Part shown: one piece after another, positions 59,220 to 64,000 of the stretch
Layout: each line of letters begins with the position of its first letter
How positions within the stretch are numbered: the stretch's first letter is position 1
Assembly (NCBI GenBank): GCA_013265495.1
Contig: MU057865.1
Span: forward strand, 868,001-932,000
Reading direction: 5' to 3'
Source of the DNA: Vicugna vicugna
Lineage: Eukaryota
DNA length: 64,000 nt
Position numbers and translations under genes: made by a program
The notes under the pieces: model-generated
What the model saw: only the letters and a program-made list of their open reading frames with translations
Databases searched by the model: none
Told to the model about the DNA's origin: nothing

Positions 59220-61730
59220 TGTGATGGTAAAGGAAAAAGTGGTATCAGATTTGTCTTCTCATCTTAAACAATTAGAGAATTAAATACAATAATAAAACAG
59301 CTACTTGCAGACACTGGACATCAGGCAGCACCAAACTTTGATTTTTTTTTTTTTTAGAAAAGCAAAACAAATAAAATAAACCCTATGGTTACCCTGGATT
59401 TCTGCTTGGACATACTTTCAATATCTTGCTGCAAGGAGGGAAACTCTAAGAAAACACTAAATTGAATATGCAGAGATCAGAGGTCAGAAAGGTGAAGGAG
59501 TCATGAATTTAGGGGACAGAAGGTGGGAAAGGAAAAAAATATGCAAACATAAAAGGCTAGAAATCTGATCTGGATGAAGTTTCCCTTGAGATACAGGCTA
59601 CAAAAAGAAAAAGAAAAAACAGAATAAGACAAAAACCAAGTATTGAAGATCTGTAAACTGAACAATACCAATGGCTCAAAGACAGCCCAGTGATATTTGA
59701 GCTTCTGTTATCCAGAGGGAAAAGACCTCACTGAACATCTGGGCAGAAATTTTGGTAAAAATCTTAAAAAAGAATTAAAATGAAAAAAAGGGCTAAATTA
59801 ACCCTAGGGTGCAATCTACTACAGTATCGCCCCAACAGATCTTAAAAACAAGCCTCAAAAAAGAACAAACTTCTCTTTAAGTAACTTAACTGTATGTGCC
59901 AACAGATGGCAACACCATCCAAAGGCCTGCGATAACATTAAGGCATTTAAAGACATGATATTTACAATGTTCAACAACCCAGTGAAAGGTCCCTGAGTAT
60001 GCAAAGAAGCAAAAAAAAAGGGACTTACAGCTAGAAGAAAAATCAGTCAATAGAAACAAACCCCAAATTACAAAAATTATGGAATTCACAGGAAGTAACT
60101 TTAAAACAGCTATTATAAAAATGTTAAAAGGTTTCAGAAAAAAATATACACATAACGAGGGAGAAATGAAAAATATGACTTTGAAGTTACTATATTGCTA
60201 TTAAATAAAATACGCACCGAGGCAGGTACTATTAGTAGAGACAAAAAGGGACTTTCCAATAATGATGAGTCCATTCAAGAGGGTGGCATGATAACCATCA
60301 ATATCTACAACTGTATGTCCAATAACAGATGTTATTCAATGTACATGAAACCAAAACTGAGAGAATTTAAAAGGGCGATAGGCAAATCTGGTTATCACTG
60401 GAGATTTAAACATCTCTCAGCACTTGATAGAATGAATACAGAACACAAATAGTAAAGACATAGTCAAGGTGAACAACACTATTAAGCAAAGTTACTTAAA
60501 TACATTTGAAGAACAATGTACCAAGAAGGGCAGAATGTGTGTCCTTTGCAAGTGTTCAAAGAAATATTTCCCAATAGAGCACATGCTGGCTCCCAAATCT
60601 GTCTTAATAGATTTCAAAAGAAAAAGTTATACAATGTAGTTTTTTTGACAACAACAGAATTAAACTAAAATCAATGACAATAAGATACATGGAAAATCTC
60701 CAATTATTTGAAAACTAACAAATAATAAGTAATTACTGGGTCAAAAAGATATCACAAGGGAAATTGGAAAATATTTGAGTTGAGTGATGAAATTGTGAGA
60801 TAAACTAAGGCTTAGAGGTATATTTATAACTGTAAATTCTTCTATTTGAAAAAGGAAAAAAAAAATGCTCCATCAGTGATGTAAGTTTCTGCTTTAGGAA
60901 GACAAGAGAGAAATAGAATAAATCCAAAGTAAAAGAAAATAAACATAAGGAAAGAAATCAACACAATAAGAAACTCACAAACAATAGAGGAAATGAACAA
61001 AGTCACGGTTACTTCTTTTAAAAAGACACACAACATTTATAAAATCTTAGCTAAACTGAATGAGAAACACAGATTACAGATCATGATAACAAAAAAGCGG
61101 CCATCACAATGTTACTGAACTCAGGTATGGCTGCTCAATGTTCGAAAGCCAACACTGGAGATTCAAATGTTGGTTGGAAAAGGAAAGTCAGCTCTATTCA
61201 AGAGGCCAGTAACCTCAGGAGAAGGTGGACCTGTGTCCAAAACACAGCTCCATAGATTCTACTTAGCCATGAAAATTATAAAGGGAGGATCCGCTGGGGA
61301 GGCGTTCAGAGTCTTCCACTGTGTGTAGACTTTCTTCTGATTGGTTGGTGGTGAGGTGACAGGGTGGTGCTCCAGGAATCTTGGGCTCAGCATGAAATTA
61401 CCATCCTCCACCTTAGGTATTTTGATATTCCTTGAGGAGGAACCAGGACCCTGCCCCATGGCTGCACTATTGCTTCTTGACTGCTTTTCTTTGCTTCTGC
61501 ATCTCCTCACTTCCCTGATAAGCAACTCTTTGAATCTGCCCTTTGAAACTCAGGGAAGGTCAAGGAGACTGAATGAAGTCGATTTCCTATGTCAAGAAAC
61601 AGGGGACATGGAAAGGATCGGTACCTGGGAGGGCCCCATTAGGTCTTGCTCTGCTTCAAAAACAGATCCTAAAAGCATTAAGGATATTAAGACAATATTA
61701 TGAACAACTTTGGCCAACGAATTTACCACT
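59220..61730 (+). mobile_element. Old L1M (5' region, EN domain and linker), interrupted by an LTR
   Basis: A-rich; EN-like 'SRDKKG...SIQEG..ITINIY' near 60230-60310; linker 'acagatcct...aatattatgaacaactt' resumes after 61658. The 5' boundary is uncertain. Confidence 0.75.
61110..61658 (-). mobile_element. ERV1-type solo LTR, antisense, nested in L1
   Basis: TG...CA termini; on the minus strand CCAAT box (accaaccaatcag, ~61337-61349), TATA-like (~61275-61282) and polyA-like signal (~61194-61199); imperfect 4-bp TSD acaa/aaaa. Confidence 0.82.
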
Positions 61731-62479
61731 TAGAGTAAATATTTTTCTTTCAAATTATTTTCAGTTAAAATAATTCTCCATTTATGTCTAATCTGCAGTT
61801 ACATTCATCAGTGTCATTTTCATTTTAATTACATATTTTTTATTCCCTGAGTTAGACTTCCTTTCCAAATCTGGGTCATTTTTTAAATAATTTTCTGTTC
61901 TCTACAGACCTTTTGACATCATATTTTATTGATGTAAATATAACAAACAGTTATTTACAATCTATGCTTGATCATTCTAAATCTAAATTTCCTTCTTCCT
62001 GTTGTTTCTACTGGTCCTCACTCACAGTATTTTGTAAACTTGAGGGGGATACACTTATTTCTCTTAGAAAATGATGTAATTATTTGAAGATTAAGGTGAA
62101 GATATGTTCTTCTAGGAAGCATTCTCATCTCTTTTTGGCCAGTGCATGTTGTGACCATAGGTACATTAAACTAAATTCATGGCTTGAACTTGGATCACCC
62201 AGGGGATACAAATTCGTGCTCCGGTCTCAGCATTGCAAGATACGGTGATGAACTCTTCGGGATATGATTTCTTTTTTGATCTTCTCAGATGCAAGACATT
62301 TTTGTCATTCCCTTGGTGTATGTGCTGAATGGGGAGTGAGAAACGCTAAATTCTGACTCATTCTTAGCTAAAGGGTGAAAGCCTTTGGGATCTAATTTTT
62401 CAAGCAATTATGGCGCAGCTAGACTCCCTCCTTTGGGCAGGCCTTGAACTTTGTCTTGCTTCTTATGCCCTTCAGCAAA

Positions 62480-62690
62480 TGCCTGGGTTGACTGGCTTCA
62501 GATCTCAGCTTTGCTACTTACTAACCAGTCCTTGGTCAAGTTACATTTCTGTGCTTTAGTTGATTCAACTGTTAATGCTAAGGAAACAGTATACATATTG
62601 GGCACGATCGTTGCATTACATGGGATAAGACATGTAAAGCTTATAGAAAATTCTGGACATATGAATAAGTATTCAATTAGTGATAGATGG
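62480..62690 (+). mobile_element. MIR SINE
   Basis: 'tggcttcagatctcagctttgctacttactaacc...ttggtcaagttac...catgtaaagcttatagaaaattctggacatatgaataagtattcaat'. Confidence 0.7.
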
Positions 62691-63832
62691 ATATAGCTTT
62701 CGAGCCATAATACTTTAGGGTCTGGCATGTGAATTGCAAAACATAGAAAAATAATTCTAACACGCTGAACATGATATGCTGCATAAGTGTGATGCAGTCG
62801 TTACGGAGTTTAAAAGAAAGAAAGGATATTTCACCAAAAGTTTCCACAAACACTTGCCAAGGAAAAAAAATCCATCATTATTGAAAAAATACTTATATTT
62901 TTTCTGTATTAAAATATTATAGAGACAAAAATAGATAAGTCACTTAACCTTTCCCCAACCTTATTTAACAAGCCACAGAGATAAAGAGACACAACAGGTT
63001 TACAGGCAAGCAGACCCTCATTCACATGTTGCTGTAAGTGGTGGCTGTGAATATCTTGTTGTGGCCTGCAGTTTGTTTATTTTGTGGTCTTTGTATTTAC
63101 TTTTATACATGTATATATAAAGGAAGAGTATTGGAGTCTTTCCCCAAATGTACATTAAAAAATTGGACTTTAAGCTTTTAGAAAAGTCATGGACGTGTAC
63201 CCTTAAATATGGGGAAGAAGGAAAACTTTGTCTTATTCTATTATAATTATTGTTATTGCTTTTGGTCACAGCTTTGAAATTGCCAAGGGACTGGTTCTAA
63301 TGCAGCTCTGGCCACAGTGCCCTGGATGCACTCCTCTGGCATCTGCCTTTAATCACAGACAATATGGTTTGTGTTTAGAATCGAATGACTGTCATCATCT
63401 AGCACTAATGTTCTCTGTCACAGGGACTTAACAACCCATTTGGGGACCACTCTCGGAGACTTTCAAATTCAATATTCTCTCCAAACTCCTGGCTTTTCAT
63501 TAACTGTGCCATGTGGGTTTCCAACGCGAGATGCCCAACGGTATTATTTTTCTAAAGAGGTCATGGGAGAGAAATGTATTCTTTTTTTCAAGTGTATATT
63601 TCAGCACATCTAAACATGCAAACCCACACTAATTCCTGTGTAGAAGTCTGAGTTCACAGACAGCCCACATCCCGGACTCAATCTGATTTTACAATAGAAA
63701 AGTGCACATTCTTTTGGATTGCATAATATACAATTACCCAGCACATGACCGAACTGAATTACAAACTGTTGTTGATTTTCTGCAAGGAGCTTACTTGGCT
63801 CTTTGATATATATTTTCTCATTAGCTTCCCCC

Positions 63833-63861
63833 TGATTTATTTATGATATTGTTATGCATAT
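63833..63861 (+). promoter_or_regulatory. Candidate Sox-Oct composite site with adjacent PBX/HOX-type motif
   Basis: TATTGTTATGCATAT at 63847-63861; TGATTTAT at 63833-63840. Confidence 0.35.
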
Positions 63862-64000
63862 AAAGGGCAGATTGCTGAAGTTCACATTGCAATGACCGAA
63901 TTAGCAGCTGAAAAATTCACGGTTCTGATGTGCAAATGATTCCCTGAGTGTTCTGAAGGCATGCTCCATTCTCCCCTATAATTGTGAAGCTGTCAATTCT

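Overview
This is AT-rich, CpG-depleted, non-coding eutherian mammal DNA (intronic or intergenic). It is most likely camelid (Camelus/Vicugna/Lama): it carries a tRNA-Ala(AGC)-derived SINE resembling the camelid vic-1 family and two lineage-type L1 3'-end subfamilies, and I see no Alu, B1/B2, BovB/Bov-tA, PRE1 or SINEC elements. I recognise no host protein-coding gene, rRNA, functional tRNA, known miRNA or CRISPR array. The only ORFs with clear homology are decayed LINE-1 ORF1/ORF2 pieces; the others come from microsatellites or chance. Much of the window is transposable-element debris: young and old L1, L2, L3/CR1, MIR, MaLR and ERV1 solo LTRs, and Tigger and hAT-Charlie MITEs, many with readable target-site duplications (TSDs). 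The most notable structures are (i) a compact L1 at ~36.7-38.7 kb with two internal deletions removing the EN and RT domains, sitting between two oppositely oriented RT fragments; (ii) a dimeric L1 3'-end insertion inside one 16-bp TSD; and (iii) several repeat-poor islands with clustered regulatory motifs (CpG cluster with candidate minus-strand exons at ~5-6 kb, bHLH E-box cluster plus splice donor at ~13 kb, CRE-TATA and STAT/AP-1 modules at ~16-18.8 kb, Sox-Oct composite at ~63.85 kb). I cannot support a genuinely new biological system from sequence alone; the findings are hypotheses. Repeat family names come from my recall of consensus sequences, not a database search, and boundaries of old elements are approximate.
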